From Spirogloea muscicola (Eukaryota): a stretch of 64,000 nt of DNA. The translations under genes and the position numbers were made by a program. Position 1 is the first letter of the stretch. Each line of letters starts with the position of its first letter. The stretch covers positions 878,634 to 942,633 of the forward strand of contig WELB01000021.1 of assembly GCA_009602725.1 (NCBI GenBank), given 5' to 3'. This document shows positions 37,446 to 49,477 of this stretch, in pieces. The notes beneath the pieces were generated by a model, which was not told the DNA's origin, did not search any database, and saw nothing but the letters and a program-made list of their open reading frames with translations.

Positions 37446-38960
37446 GGGAGAGAAGGCGCGCGGTGCGCATGAAATGAAACGGAGGCCAAATCACAGCCCC
37501 CGCCCGAGGCTGCAATAAGGCACGGCCGGCGGGGATGACGAAGAGACACTTCGTGGAAGGGGATGATGTAGCTGATTGACGGTGGGGGGGGGGTTTGCAC
37601 TGGGTGCGGCCTGGCCTCGAGCTGCCCAGTGAGCATTCTCCAGCACCGCGTGACGGCACAGGCAGCCAAAAAGCCAAATGCTTGGATTTACCTTGTCGAC
37701 TCTTGTGGGGCTCTGGCTTGGCCAGCCCCCGCTTCTCGAAGGGCGCGCCATTCTCTCCTAGGAGAGCCACTTCCTTAAACAGCTCGAACATTGGGCCAGC
37801 TCAGACCAATGGACATATAAGGAAGAATGAAAAGACTGGACCAAATCTGCAGAGGGGCCGGAAAGCACACAGCTTGTCCGCAAACATTCCCCCGGGCGGA
37901 TTCGAGGCGGATTCGAACCGCCGCCCCCCGGCCCGGCCGGCAGCCCGCTCCCGGCCGCGCCCCCAGCCGCGCAGCCCGGGCCCGGCGGCCATCCGCGGCG
38001 GCGGCGCCAGCGACGGGCCGCGACGGCGGGGTCTAAGGCCAGAGCTCTGACGCTCAGGGACTAGGGATCCGGCGCAGCCTCGCCGCTGGCCGCCACTCCT
38101 TCGGCGGCCTTCCAGCTTCGTGGAAGAGACGCTCAGTCGGCCTGGGCGCTGCGCTCGCGGCAATGTCTCCGTCGCGCTCCGTCGGCCATTTCGTGGCGCT
38201 GGCCGCCGCGTTCATTCTGACCGGGTGAGCGGCGGCGCTGCCCGGGGAGCCGAGTCGCCGGCTTCACGGGAAGTCTTGCTGCCTGGCATCCGACGTACAC
38301 ACGAGAACGTCAAACGCGAACGTTGTGACCGAGAGGACGCTTGATAACACAACGACTGCATAGGGATGGTCAGGTGCTCAGGATAGCTTGCGACTGGACT
38401 TCCCCTCTCCTCGACTCAAGCTCGTGCTCGTGCCTGGTTCTGCAATCACAGAGTCGTCTGCGCCCTTCTCTACGCTGGGCCCACCAGCAGAGGCATCTGG
38501 AGTGCTGACCGCACGCTCGAGGTCAACGTCACCGAGTAAGCCTTCGTGCTTCTGCGTTGTGATGCTTGTTGTCCTCTGCATTGGGATGCTAAGCTTCATG
38601 CACCTCTGGCGAGCTTGAGCTATCCATGGCGGGCTCGAGCAACCGAACAGCGAGGGCGTTGCCTCAAATAACACGAAGCACTTGGAAGCCGCGAGGGCCT
38701 TCAGAATCAGAGCCATGATGGCATCTCGTGCCAGGCGCCTTGCCTGCAATATGCTTTGGCAGTGCCACGAAGCTCATTGCAAGCTGCAATATCTGCTCTC
38801 CTTTTGAATCGAAGAAGTGTCTGGCCAGCAGCTTTTGATTAATCTTAGCTGCAGTCCGCAGTGCCTTTGGAGAATTCGCCCTCTCAACCTGCCCCATTGA
38901 CTATCTCAGAGCCTCATTACCACGATAATGTCTATCTTCTCTGTTACATTCTGTATACAG

Positions 38961-40232
38961 CCTGGCTTCCAAGAGATTACAAGGGCAGGCTGGCCAGGGA
39001 TCTGCCCTCCAGAAAGAAGCCGCTAGGGCTCTTGTTCACTATGCCACCTCCACAGTCACTCCTCAGCAATCTTTGGTGAGAACCTCCTTGAACTGCAGCT
39101 TGTTAGATTTGCAGAAACTGCAGTCAACACCTGCTGGCAGCCCAGTGAGCAGTCAAGAAGCATGCAGGTTTGTCCAAATCAGTCAGTGCTCACTCATGTC
39201 GTAATAGCAGGTTTCAAGCTTGTCAAAAGCTAAGGCTATAAGTGCTTGTCGTGTGTGTTTGCTTGCGTACTAGGAGGAGGTCTTGATCACGGTCGACATT
39301 CTCCAGCGACGGGGACCGTGCAACATGCTCGTCTTTGGGCTGGGCCAGGACAGCCCAATGTGGGCAGCACTGAATGTGGATGGTCGTACAGTTTTCCTGG
39401 AGGATGATCATCTATGGATGGTCAGTCTTGAGAAGGTTGTTCCTATGCCAAGCTCCTAGCATTCATCGCAACCACATGTACTACTTATGCTGGATGCAAG
39501 GCATTCAAGCTGGTCAACTTGGTAGAGATTAACAAATGTCTCCATTTTGATGCTTCAGAAATTGGCAAAGGCCAAACTTCGCCTGGAGATGTACTACGTT
39601 CCTTACTTGACAGAACTTCATCAAGCAGACATGCTCCTGCAACATGCAAAGGCAACCAGACGTGGTGACTGTGCACCCCATCAGGATGTGGGGTCAAGCA
39701 AGTGCAACATCACCTTGACACAGCTACCCAAGTAATCTATCAGATCAGCATCTCGGTGCTAAGCAGTATTTGTCACTGATAGATGTCTCCTCAATGTTGC
39801 CTCCTGTGCTTCTCTCTTCTGACTCCTCTTTCTGTGTTATAATACTTGCCATGTCATGATCACACCTTGCCCCGACCCCAAATTCTATACCTGTCCTTGG
39901 GCCATGACAATTTCCTCCGTCAGTGCAGGCAGCTGTATGAGGTGGACTGGGATGTGATCATGGTTGATGCTCCTGTGGGATATGCAACGCTTGGTCCTGG
40001 CCGCATGATGTCCATCTTCACGGCTGCGCTGTTTGCACACAACCGTCGGACCCCTGGTGCAGTCGATGTCCTGGTGCATGACATGGAAAGAAGAATCGAG
40101 TGGCAGTGGAGCCATGAGTTCCTCTGCACCAAGAACAAGGTGACCTGCCGCAGGATCTTGTGCCATTTCCACATTCCTGAAGATGACCGTCAGAGCACTG
40201 AATTCTGCCCAGCCTCTGCAGACATATATTAG
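38961..40232 (+). CDS. GXM: DUF579 polysaccharide O-methyltransferase (GXM/AGM/IRX15 family), copy 2; exons 38961-39075, 39274-39420, 39559-39731, 39929-40232; first exon probably near 38.4-38.5 kb, unresolved
   Basis: Motifs ARALVHYATSTVTPQQS, RGPCNMLVFGLGQDSPMWAALNVDGRTVFLEDD, CNITLTQLP, YEVDWDVIMVDAP.GY...PGRMMSIFTA and VDVLVHD...HEFLC. Splice phases are consistent and the introns are at equivalent positions to copy 1. Confidence 0.9.
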
Positions 40233-41079
40233 TATTTTCTTCACATTCATTTACTTTATCCAAGGAATAGAATAGGGCAGGTCATATCTGCAGAGTCATG
40301 AATGGGATGTGAATACAGCTGACTGGGTGTATAGTAGAAGCTTCTGCTAATGGGTACACTATTTTATGACCCCTTTGAGGTCCTTAGAGGTTATTGCTTA
40401 AAATAGCCACGTCTTTCCCTGTGAGATGGGTCTTGTTGCGTGATGCATAACTTGCTGCTTGGAGCTTGGAGCCTCTGGCGATCTCAGCACTTGTCACCAG
40501 CTCCGGTGCCCAGCGCCCAGCAAGAAGTCAAGATCATGTACAGGTCATTACCCAGCCTCCACAGCCTACCTCTCCCAAGACCTAAGTTGTGTTGTAGCTG
40601 CTGCAGAGGACTGTTGAAGGCCAACGACAGGGCTTTGATCAATTTCCGGGGGACTATTCGAATAAGAAAAATTCAAATATACTCGAAAATATTAAGCTGC
40701 AGAAAGCGTCTGCCAAGTGGAAGTTCAACTACGTGAGGGTCTCGTGTAGCGTCGGGCGAGGAGGAGATTGCCAACTTAACGGGCGTGGGCAAGTACTAGA
40801 ATGCTCAGTAATTTGGAAGCATCAGTGGGCATCTTCCTTCTCGAGCAAGCAGCAGGACGGACTTGCCTCAGTACTTGGCCTGAAGAGTCGCCTAGTTGTG
40901 TGCACCAGAATGCAAACTGCTTAACGTATCGTGCAGGGTGTGCAAGATGCAGTGCATCCTTGCCACTAAGCTGAAGTGGTCTGTTTCAGTGGACCTATTA
41001 CTTTCAGTATGTGTTAACACTACTTGCCCTCAACGCCCACTAGCAATCCCAAACGCACTCACTTCTTCTTGGACATAAA

Positions 41080-41420
41080 GAGAAGTGGCACTCCCAATGG
41101 GGGCAAGGGCTGTGAAAAGCCAGCCCGAAAAGAATTGACAAAGGTTCGAAGGGGCCAAATGACGGAAGGGCCTAAAAAGCGCTAAGCAGCTACGAAGGGG
41201 CCTGAAGATGCTATGTCAGAACGGTGATGGACCACTCAGTAGTCACGAGTGAGGAGCCTCAAATCCGCCAAAGTAGCTGCCGGACAAATATCCCCCTGCC
41301 GAAAGCCTGAGGCCGCAGCAAGAGCCCGGCCAGCACGCAGATGCAAGACTGGGCCATGGACCGCTGAAGGGAGACTGACAATCGCATGCGGTATACCAGG
41401 GCCGCGCTGTTTGCATGAAA
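41080..41420 (-). mobile_element. Retroelement 3' end with full 3'UTR
   Basis: YRMRLSVSLQRSMAQ..., hairpin at 41107-41126, terminus ...GGGAGTGCCACTTCTCTT. Confidence 0.75.
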
Positions 41421-42729
41421 TGAGATGGAGGCCAACTCAAGCGGAAAGCGCAAAGCAGAGGAAATGGAAGAATCGGATCTTCCGATTCATAACAATCATA
41501 AATAGGAACCGACGTCGAACATCCGGCGGGCGATGTGAGCGGCTGTCCGCGTGCAAAGCGTCGGCATCGACAGAATACCGACGCGGCGCGTTCGCGCCTT
41601 CGCGCGCAATGAAGACTCCCCAACTCAACGGAGCCCGCCCCGAACGCGACGAGACGACAATGCGAAATCGAGCGCCACCGCGTCGCCGCGGCGTGCCCCC
41701 GCCCGCGATGTGCGGCCCCGCCGCAAAACGGCGGCACTGTTGCTAGTTTTTGCGCCTTCCGGCTCTTTCGAACCTTGCGTTAAACCTCTGGGCTGGCCCC
41801 TCACAGCCCTTGCCTCACATTGGAAGATGTCTCTCATGGCAGCCGTAAGCCATGGACGAACCTGCTCGACCGCTTGTAGTGACACTCGCCAGCAGCTCGC
41901 TGTCAGCACGCCTTCGCTGGCGCGACGACGGCAGCAGCAGGCTGGGTACCTTTGGAGAGCCACTTCTTCTCACACCACCGCCCTGTCCTTTGTCAATTCT
42001 TCTCGTGCTGGCTTTTCACAGCCGTTGCCCCCATTGGGAGTGCCACTTCCTGGAAGCGACCTTTCTTTCTCTGAGTGTCGACGAACTGACCAGACGGGCC
42101 GTTCCCACCAATGCCGGCAACCCCGGAGTGCGCCGTCAGCGGCGCCGCCTTCGTCACCCTGACACCCTCCTCCCATCTCACCCCCACCTCACATCCCTGC
42201 CCGGCGCATTTGGCTGCCGCTGTGGGCTGCCGCTGTGGGCTGCCGCTGCTGCCATCAGCAACTCCCAGATGAGAGGAAACAGCTCTTCCAGACTATATTG
42301 CTGTGAGAGGCCAGCCCAAAGGAATGGACAAGGTCTGAAATGGCCGGATGGCGCAAAAAGCAGGATACTGGTTTGCAAGACGTCAGCACTGGGGCTCTCA
42401 ATAACCTGTACTCAGTAAGTGCAAAGCTCCACGCAGCGCCAACAAACTCACAAACGCCGAGAAGAGAGGCGCTACAAGATTGCATCGACCTCCCCAATCC
42501 GGCACACGCTGCTCTTCCCAGTCCCCAGGAAGGAGCGGCCCGCACTGTTGAACAATGGCCATGAGCTGCAGCTGCTTACGCCAGCCTTTTCCGGCAAGGA
42601 AATTGCTAGCAAGCGCCACTGAAGAGTGCCAAGGTAGAGGGAGATGGGGGCGATGATGGTGGCCAAAAGCAAGCAATGACAGGCAGCAGGTCATTGCCAT
42701 CCCTCGGAGGGGGAGGGGTGGCAAGGGGG

Positions 42730-45085
42730 TCACGACTCCACGACTTGCCGGAACATGCCAGACTTGCACTCAGATGGTGACAAGGAAACGCACTTGCTGG
42801 GGCTGCCATCGGTCGCCAGTTGCACGCAAGAGACAAGTTCGAGCCCAAGGAGCTGCAGAGTTGTCACTGCCGCATCACAAAGAGCTATGCCCTGCGCGCC
42901 TAGCCACCTGCTCGCGAAGCAGACAAGGAGCTGGCACACCCGCGGCAGCACGTCTCTTGCACCCCACGCCTCGATCATTTCAAATTCCGCCCCCTCCACA
43001 GACAGCTTGAGCACGTCCACACGGGCATGGCCGAGGCCAGCCATTGCCGCCGCCAGCGTCGTCACCTGAACAGCAACCTGCTCGGGCCCCAGCTCGTACG
43101 GTGCCGCGACAGCCGGCAGTATTGTGAGGGTGCCCACCTGCTTTCCATTTTGCAACACGGCGCGCACAGTCGCGTTACGCTTGTGCGCCCCCAGGCAGGC
43201 GTCGTGGATGACAACATTGTCGGGCAGCAATTGGGCGCCAATGAAATCCTGAGAGGGGGCACCAAGCGGCGTGGCATCAAAGGCGTGCACAGTGCAATTG
43301 TACCGCCCGGGACTGTCGATTCCCAAGACAGGTCCTCACCCATGCCGCCCGAAAACACGACACTGCTGTTGTCAAGGAACTCGTTGAGGAAGGCTGGCCA
43401 CTGACAGGCGCCAGAGCCCATGATTGATGGGGCGCCCAGGCGGCCGTGAAGCCAGATCAGCTCCGGCGTCGGGCCATCGTAGGCTGCTGCGGAGCCCTGC
43501 AGGGCTGCCATCTCGGTGACGCACCTGCCATAGCCCCGCGCACCGACATCAAGGCGCAATGCAGCGGCCTCAGGGCCAGCTGCTACATCGAAGATGGCCT
43601 CCCAGCCAGCTTCTCAGGGCCCACGTGGGTCGCAAAATTCCACGCCGTCGCCGTGGTCAGCCCAATCGCCGTCCACGGCGCACACCAGGGCTAGCGCCTA
43701 GTCGCCAACCGCCGCTGGTTTGCATGGCCGGCACTTGGCGCCGTTCACGAGTCCCCGGCTGCTCAGTGACACAACTTGCACGCCACGCGGCCAGCCATAG
43801 CGCCGCATGCTCAGCGCGCAGAAGGGAAGGTCAACCTTTGTAACCGCCACGCCACGCACCTCCAGCTGCGCTCGAAGTGCTCTTTCCGAGTTTAGCCATC
43901 TGTAGCCAGCGCGCTGGATCTCGCGTAGCAGGCTCAACCGCGCCAGTGCAGCGCTGCTTGTGTTCAAGACTCTCATGCCAAAGCGGTCATTGTAGCCGCC
44001 GTAGCTGCAGCCATGGGGCGCGGTGTACTTGCGAGGATTGTACGCCGCCAATGAGTGTGGTAGTCCCGTCCAGAACCCGTCCACACGTGTACGCAGCACC
44101 CACCTGTAGCTCACCCCAGCTGCTGCCTCTCAGTCGCTGATAAGCTTCAGGCAGCCTTCAACGAGGTTGAAATACTGCAGCAGGCCCTGCGGAAGCGCGG
44201 CAGGCGGGCACCCAGGGACAGGGCGAGCAGTGCCAGATGAGCAGAATACATAGAAGAAGAATATATACACACCAACTCTTAAACCTCGACATGACACATA
44301 CACATGCTCGTCTCAGCTTCTTCAGAGCATCGTACTTGCCTGACATGCACTCAATAGCAGTCCGTGAAGACCTGTATGGATCTGAAAGTTCAACAGCTCC
44401 TGAAATCGAAGCCCTCAAGCGGAAATCTTGTGCTCCCAGGATAAGGGCTCACTGTATTCCACCTGCAGGCCGTTTGGGGACCCTGATGCCATGAGCACGG
44501 CCTTTGCAGCATCGAGCCCCCCAATGGGCGTCTGCAGGAAGAAGCGCAGTGAGACGAGGTTTTGTGCGCCAAGCAGGACAGTCATCTTGTGCGTGTTCTC
44601 ATCCACCGGCACATTGATGAGGACGTCAGCAGCCTCGAACGCACGTAGCACATGCTGCTTGATGGTGGGTCCAGTGAGCTCAAACATGCGCGCCCCGCCA
44701 ACAAGACAGATGGCCACCCTGTTCAAGTGCAAGAGGGCGCGGATGCTGAGGCTGTTGAGCTACTTGGCATTAGTAAGGATTCAGCCTCAGGTGAGGCGAC
44801 TGCTCAAGCTGCGCAACTTGAACGAGCTGAGCGTTCCGCTCTGCCGTTCCGCTGCAGACGCTCCGAGCTGACACGCCGGCCGCACGCAGGCCTTTCTGCC
44901 ATGCTATCATCAGGTGGTGACAACGGCCAGATGCGCCGCTCACCTTGATGCTGTGCACGGCAGGGACGCGCTCCTCATCCAACAGCGTGGGCTCGTCAGA
45001 CGGGGAAGGCGATCCTGCGGCGTCACGCGCCGCCGCCGCCAGCGACGCCGCGCTGCTCGCCTCCAGGACGCGGCCTCCTTCTGCT
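42730..45085 (-). pseudogene. Pseudogene of At3g26950/DUF7796-like domain fused to a C-terminal FkbM/Methyltransf_22-type SAM methyltransferase
   Basis: Motifs VAICLVGGARMFELTGPTI, SPNGLQ|GLLQYFNLVEGCL, WVLRTRVDGFW, SYGGYNDRFG, LNSE, GAKCRPC and GWEAIFDVAAG, then VFSGGMGEDLSWE, CTVHAFDATP, VDVLKLSVEGAEF and VCQLLVCF. In-frame stops at 44132-44130, 43700-43698 and 43616-43614, plus a frameshift near 43320. Confidence 0.8.
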
Positions 45086-46299
45086 CAGCGTGAGCTGCTG
45101 CGCCCGAAATGGAATGAAGCTGGCAGGGTGGCTGCTAGTCGTCTGCGGCGTCCTGCGAGCCGTCGCCGACGAGAAGGTAGGGCAGGCCGGTGGCGGCGGC
45201 GATGGCCACCAGCGCGGCGCAGGCCAGCAGGCGGGCGCAGGCGGGGCCCCCTGTTGGCAGCCACAGCTGGGGCCNGCAGGCAGGCCTGCCGCCGCCTGCG
45301 GCCGCCGGTGCGCTCGTCGGGGCCGCCGCGCGCGAGCCGCGAGGCGGCGCGACGGGCCCGTGGAAAGCTCCAGCTGAGATTTAGGGCCGGGGTAGGGCAA
45401 ACTCGCACTTAGGTCGGCCGGTCGCGCCAATGGGTACGTGGGTACCGAAGTCCCTTCACAGCCGACTTCTCCAGTGTTACCTTATTCACTTTAGCCTAGG
45501 GCTTCACTTGTGCAGCCTTTAGCTGTCTGGACTGTGTTGGCTTTCCTAGGCCTCCTTTCACTCCATGCGCACCCTGCGCCTTCTCTCTGGGCATCATCAA
45601 AACGAACACCCCCCTTTTGGTTCTCGTCCCCATACTTGGTAGTCACATGTAGTGCCACCCTCCCTCCCTGTCAGACCTTGTTCATTCCTTTGGCCTGGCC
45701 TCTTACAGCCATTGCCTTACATTGCTAGAGCTGTTCCTCAACAAGGTGCGATGCGCGCATGAGAAACGAGAGGGAGGCCAATGCAAGCCGGTACATCGGT
45801 TGTAAGAAGAAACAAGTTACAATCTAAGAGGGGCTTAGGTAACAAGAAGGGAAACGTGATTGAAGGGGGACTCTAGCACCCACGACGGAGCACATACATA
45901 CATGACAGACAATTTGTGGTGGGGTGGAGAACCAGTCAAGTAAGCTCATCCAAAGGTGGGGTGGGCCGTGAAAGCCAGCCCTAAGCCAGTCACCTGGCTT
46001 AGTGCTCGCCCAGCACATTGATGTGTGGCTAGAGCCTCGGAACGCTGCAGACTAAGCGAAAGCTGCATTCTGCACTAAACAACCAATGCTTATGGGATGC
46101 TAGTAGGCCCTAAGCCACCGGCCCGACTACAACGCATCGACCAATTGGGCCAGCCGATTATCTGAGGAGGGATGACCACTTGATATCGTAGCTGTCATCG
46201 ATGTCCATAGCACGCGGTCAAAAACTGGTGTGTTTAGGAAGTGCCGATCCTTCTTTCTTTCTGCATGCTTTGCTTACCTTATTGGAAGATGTGAGACTT

Positions 46300-46870
46300 C
46301 CAGATGGGGCGAGGCCTGTGAAAAGCCAGCCCGAAAAGAATCGACAAGGTTCGAAAGAGGTCGAAAATCGCAGTAACACACATCTAAGCATGCACCATGT
46401 AGGATAGTCACTTAGTGACCTCTAGCTAGCAGCCGCAAGTTAGAAAGACTAGCCGCCCAAACGTAGTCACCTTTGACGAAAGGCAGAGGCTGCAGCTAGA
46501 GCACGGCCAGCACACAGATGCAAGGCGTGGGCCATGGACCGCGGGAAGGTTATGGATAGGCGCATGCTAAACATCTCCGCCAGCGGGCCAGCGGCGTTGA
46601 AGTCGGCCTGCTCGCCCCGCCTGCATGACACAGCGCAACGCGCCAGCCGGGTTAACAGGTCAAGCCACTGAGACCCAAAAGCCCCGTGCACATAGATGGC
46701 CAACGGAACGAACTCGTCCCTTTCCGGGTGGTCCACGTACTTGGCCTCTTTGCCACAAACGGCGTTCGCTGCTGCCTGCCCAGCCTTTAAAGTAGAAGAA
46801 GGGCTTGCCCATTGAGGATAGGGGCTGGAAAAGCCAGCCGTAAAAAGACTGAACAAAGGAATGAACAAAG
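46300..46870 (-). mobile_element. RLE retroelement 3' fragment with nested 3' end
   Basis: ORF 46467..46901 KEAKYVDHPERDEFVPLAIYVHGAFGSQWLDLLTRLAR; hairpins at ~46315 and ~46823. Confidence 0.75.
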
Positions 46871-48139
46871 CAGAGAGCTCCAACATGGAGCGGTCAACCA
46901 CATATTTTTGGGAGAGCTTTCGAACCAGCCCAGCCGGGCATCTAGCCGTGGGTGCCCCAGCCCAACAGCAGTGGCACCGACGGCAGGGTCAGCAAGGTGA
47001 GGGCCACTTAACAATGCTGCGGCTTTCGCTGGCTCAGTAGAGTCGCATACGCCTTTCCGTCTCTCTGCTTGCCCTCCAAGCGTCCTCCTTGTACTTACTC
47101 GCTGGGCGTGCATTGTGTAATGCTTTCACCCTGTCTGGGCGATTAACCCCGTCTTACCGCTGGAACATAGTAAATGTGGCGCGGGGCCAGTCCTGACCAT
47201 TTTCCCGCGCTTGAAGCCGTCAGCTTCGTCATGCTAATCTGTCACCATCTTGATCGGTAGTCAACGTCACGTGGTGGCAGCATGTCACTGCTACCGGCAT
47301 ATGCGATTAACCCCGTCCGTCGTTGCAAGGTCATGGCGTGGTGCACCCAGGTGGCCCTTATGGAACACGTGCTGCTTGCACGCAGGTGCCCCGCCTGGGC
47401 TCCTCATTCCGTGGGCTCTCACCGGGCTTTACACGGGGCCTTTTGCGCGATGAGTGGCCGTGGTCGATCTCCCGAGAGAGTCAGGGATTGGTCAGCGCGC
47501 GGCTGGCGGATGGCCTCCATGTGGACAGCAGATGGCTTCAGGTAGGAATTGGGTGTGTTTGAAACAAACGAAAAAGAACACAAGGTCTGAAGGGCCGAGA
47601 ACCGGGATGTTGAACCGGGATCATCCCCTGGCCCCCCTCTCGTACTTTGTTCCTTCTTGTTTGGCCTGGCTTTTCCAGCCCCTATCCTCAATCGGCGAGC
47701 CCTTTCTTTCATCCGATATCATTTCCGGTTCCCATGTGAATAACGGGAGTTTTCAAAATCGGAGGGGCTGCGTGGCGCGCAAAGTTTGCGCGGCGGCGGG
47801 CAACAATCATATCCCAACCACCCTAGGCGGCGCTGGGGCGACCAGCGCTGCACCGCCCGCCGCAGCTTCGCGACGGCGACGGCAGCCTTGGCGCGAAGAA
47901 CGCCATCTGTACCCCTCGGCTTCCGCCAGCCGCCAGGTGGGTCGTCCTCGCCCTCCCCCTCTTTCGTGAGCCGCTTGGGCTGTCGTGCTCCGCATTTCTC
48001 CTGCGCCGCTTTGCTTGGCCCTCTGCTCTCCGCGTGCACGGCTCGCTGGCGGCGCCGGATCGCTCGGACTCTTGACAGCTGCGCGGCTCGCAAATGAAGC
48101 TCCGCACCGTTGCCTCTGGCGTAGACAGGAGGCCCTCAT

Positions 48140-49477
48140 ATGACGCCAGTGATCTCAGAGCAGCCACCCGAGTCCATGACAAGCAGTGTGGCTGACGCTC
48201 AACGCCCTCTTGACAGCGCTCTCGATAGGCCAGCTACAGTAAGTGAGATCTTTAGGATGCAGATCTTGGACAGGTGATGCCATGTCAGCAAGTAGGCTCC
48301 AGATCTACATTGCACCTGGAAGCGGTAGCAGTCACGTTCCAACGATTTGCCGCAGCCTTCATGTTTTTGCATCTTGTCGCTGGTTGCACGAGGTCATGGA
48401 CAAAGTGCTTGTTATGTCCATGCTGACGGATCCCACTGCTGTGAGTTCGTGTTACTAGTTTGCTTGTAGACAGCATACTTGACTAATTTGATTACCTGCT
48501 TGTGCACGAAGCTATATACCACCGTGAAAGAATCTGGGGAAAAAGTCCTGAGACATTGGCCTGGCAATCGAGAAGATTCGCAAGAAGCATTCAGAGAGCT
48601 CGTATCGGAGGCTATTAGATCTATCCTGAACATTCTAGTGGAGTTCTGTAAATCCAGTCGAGTTCCTTCCAGTGGAATCAAAGTTGTGGTTGAGAACTTT
48701 GTGGCAGCTACGTATGATGCATACTATGCTTGCGGGAAGGTACATAGTAGTGTCTTCATGTACATGTGCCAAGCCTTCCTGTGATGCCGCAGCTTGAATC
48801 GAAGACGTTCTACCTACTTTCAGGCTTTCTTACTGCTCATTTGTCAGCAGTCTAGCTTCTAAACCTTTTAGATACATCAAGCAGAAGCTTGTCAACGTCA
48901 TTGACGGCGGACTTACTTACAGTAGGTTAAGTTAATTGAGCTAATGATGTACTGTTGTTACGAGCAGACACTTGCCTTGTCATGGGGCCCATCGCAAACT
49001 TTGAAAGCGGCACGCAATGACTACGCTGTTCAACTCTTTCTAGCCCTTCGAGTTCTTGACGTTGAGGCAAAAGGTTATAATCAGTATCTCTTGCCTGAGC
49101 CCTTTCTCCATCAAGTGCAAACCACGTCTTGGTGAGTTGCAGGCTTGCTTATAGAACGCACATATTTGTATGTATGTCCAAGCTGTGATGCACAGCCTGG
49201 ACCTCATCTCATACGGAATGATGTAAGATCTTTAGCAAACCAATTCGTGTTCAATTGGCCCTATGTGCTTTGCTCATCATGCTACCAATGGCCTGTGTGA
49301 GCCTCTCACAGATGTCTATGTCTTCCTCAAAGGGCCACTAACACCCAGGAGGTCCAAGAAACCACATCTAATTGTTTGCTATTCTTTAGCAGGCACGTGC
49401 CATATCTTGGAGCTTTAATTGCGGGCCTCCTCAGTATCTCAATAATATTTGCTGCTCATTTCAATCAACCACAGTGA
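48140..49477 (+). CDS. Unknown protein with C-terminal membrane helix, paralogue B; 4 exons (48140-48238, 48512-48739, 48968-49131, 49393-49477), 191 aa
   Basis: Intron phases 0,0,2 as in paralogue A. Motif AARNDYAVQLFLALRVLDVEAKG. C-terminal helix YLGALIAGLLSISIIFAA. Confidence 0.65.

Noticed and set aside
37880..38060. Complete tRNA gene
   Set aside because: Only a T-arm is present; no D-arm, anticodon arm or matching acceptor stem.
41085..41160. Hairpin motif as a hammerhead or HDV-like ribozyme, or as a CRISPR repeat
   Set aside because: It lacks the CUGANGA core and HDV P1/P2 pairings. Copies are irregularly spaced on both strands, with no spacer array and no cas genes.
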